From Elsinoe ampelina (Eukaryota), in the NCBI GenBank assembly GCA_010093995.1, contig ML992501.1, forward strand, positions 2,235,320-2,299,319: 64,000 bases of DNA, given 5' to 3'. Shown here in pieces: positions 62,479 through 64,000 of the stretch. The translations under genes and the position numbers were made by a program. Numbering within the stretch: the stretch's first letter is position 1; the number at the start of each line of letters is the position of its first letter. The notes under the pieces are model-generated. The model ran no database searches, was not told where the DNA came from, and was given only the letters and a program-made list of their open reading frames with translations.

Positions 62479-63711
62479 ATGTCGTACGACCCAATGCATC
62501 GTCTGAAGACCAACGACATGGAGATTGGTGCTACCGAAGCTGCTGCGAAGCACTTCGAGCGCCATCTTGTAGCCACCAAGCCAGTCTCCCAACGCAAGCT
62601 CAACTTCGAGCGATCCCGGCCACGGTGGTTGCGTGAGATGCTCGCCGAAATGACCGGGGTCTTCTTCTACGGTCAGTCTCTCCGTGTACACACATCCACT
62701 CACCACTAACAATCACCAGTCTACCCCGGCATCGCCGCCACAGCCTCCACCTTCCTCAACCAAATCACCATCGAAAATGCTACCACGCTCCCCAGCACCC
62801 CCAACCCCGCCTTCGGCTCCATCTTCCAAGTCGGCTGGGCCTTCGCCCTCGGCATCGCCTTCGCCATCATCGTCTGCGCCCCCACCTCCGGCGGACACTT
62901 CAACCCCGCCATAACAATCTGCTTCGCCGTGTGGCAAGGCTTCCCCTGGAAAAAAGTCCCCTACTACATCTTCTCGCAAATCTTCGGGGCCTTCCTCGCC
63001 GGCCTCCTCGTCTACGCCCAATACAACCAACAAATCACGCTCTACACGTCGCAAGTCGTGGCCGAAGGCATCGGCCCAGTCTTCAACGGCGGACCAGCGA
63101 GTATCTTCTGTGTCTTCCCCAGCGGACCCGCAGCTTACCCTGCCTCCCACACGCAATCCCCCGGCTTCCTCTTCCTGATCGAGTTCTTCGTCGACTTCTA
63201 CATCGGCATGATCATCTGGGCCTGCCTCGACCCGGCCAACCCTTTCGTATCCCCGCAATCCGCCCCCTTCGCCATCGGTCTCGCCTACGCCGTCATGGTC
63301 TGGGGCTTCGCGGGCGTCACCATCTCGACCAACCTGGCCCGTGACCTGGGCACGCGTATCGTGGCGGCGATCTTCTTCGGCGGCGACGCGTTTGCTTACA
63401 TGACGTATTCGCCCATCAGTATACTGGTGAATGTCCCCGCGACCCTCTGTGCCACGGCATATTACGAGTTGGTCATGCGGGATAGTTTGCAGAAGATTGG
63501 CAAGGGGGCGGCGGTGCATGAGGGGGGCGAGGAGGGGTTGGCGTTGCATTTGACCAAGAGTGGGATTCCGATGGAGAGGGATGGGATGCCGGTTATGGAG
63601 AAGGGGTATACGAATGCTGTGGAGAATGGGTATGCGAATGGGTTTAGTAGCGCGAATGTGAATGGGGGCACGAGGCACAGGGGTGGGGAGGAGGTGGAGG
63701 AGCAGGTTTGA
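62479..63711 (+). CDS. Aquaglyceroporin (MIP family)
   Basis: REMLAEMTGVFFY, intron 62672-62719, SGGHFNPA, FPWKKVPYY, second box NLARD, six TM helices. Confidence 0.93.
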
Positions 63712-64000
63712 GTGGTGGGGAAGGGTAGGTGAGATGTCTTGCCTGGGTGGCTGTAGGAAAAACGAGATGTGGTGTAGGGAAATGTAGATGTGCCTTTGCA
63801 ATGCTTGGGTATCTCAAATGCAGTAGAAGTGCATGCAACTTTTCATCCTTTCCAGCCGGCCAGCCCCTGTCAAGTTCGATCACACTCTCCTCATGCTTCC
63901 CCTTAACAACGAAGACGACTATTCCTCCTCATCACTGGTTGCTTCGTGATTGCCTTTGTCGAACTTGAATCGGTCAAGCTTGCTCCTACTGGTCGTGTTC

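Noticed and set aside
62713..63801. 362-aa antisense ORF over the aquaglyceroporin, and similar antisense ORFs over Amt, TBC, ADI1 and ARB1
   Set aside because: Shadow ORFs expected from strong C/G third-position bias on the coding strand.
1..64000. Secondary-metabolite cluster, transposons, RIP-degraded repeats, tRNA/rRNA, CRISPR
   Set aside because: No PKS/NRPS/terpene backbone, transposase or RT motifs, AT-rich RIP tracts or repeat-spacer arrays seen. Small ncRNAs cannot be excluded without covariance-model searches.

Overview
Gene-dense, intron-containing DNA of a filamentous ascomycete (Pezizomycotina, by inference from ~50-nt GT-AG introns with CTRAC branch sites and the gene repertoire). 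I can support about 26 protein-coding genes and one pseudogene. I found no tRNA, rRNA, CRISPR or recognisable transposon. Most genes are housekeeping or metabolic: SEC24-family, TBC Rab-GAP, cytochrome b561, Amt/Mep transporter, NAF1, ALG9, DUF3445, MOSC, IDO, two patatins, MRM2, OST3/6, GH93, ADI1, ARB1, copper amine oxidase, KXD1, SDR, epoxide-hydrolase-like and aquaglyceroporin. Two things stand out. (1) At the left end, a SesB-like alpha/beta-hydrolase gene lies head-to-head with a NACHT-ankyrin NLR. The NLR has no folded effector domain; it starts with a separately encoded 33-codon G/N/Q/F-rich exon missed by the ORF track. This is a candidate two-gene amyloid-signalling immune/cell-death module, with a motif I cannot assign to a known family. 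(2) About a dozen sharp C-rich to G-rich strand-skew switches recur across the window regardless of gene orientation and visibly shape protein sequence. Exon boundaries were read by eye and family calls come from motif recognition; no searches or computations were run.
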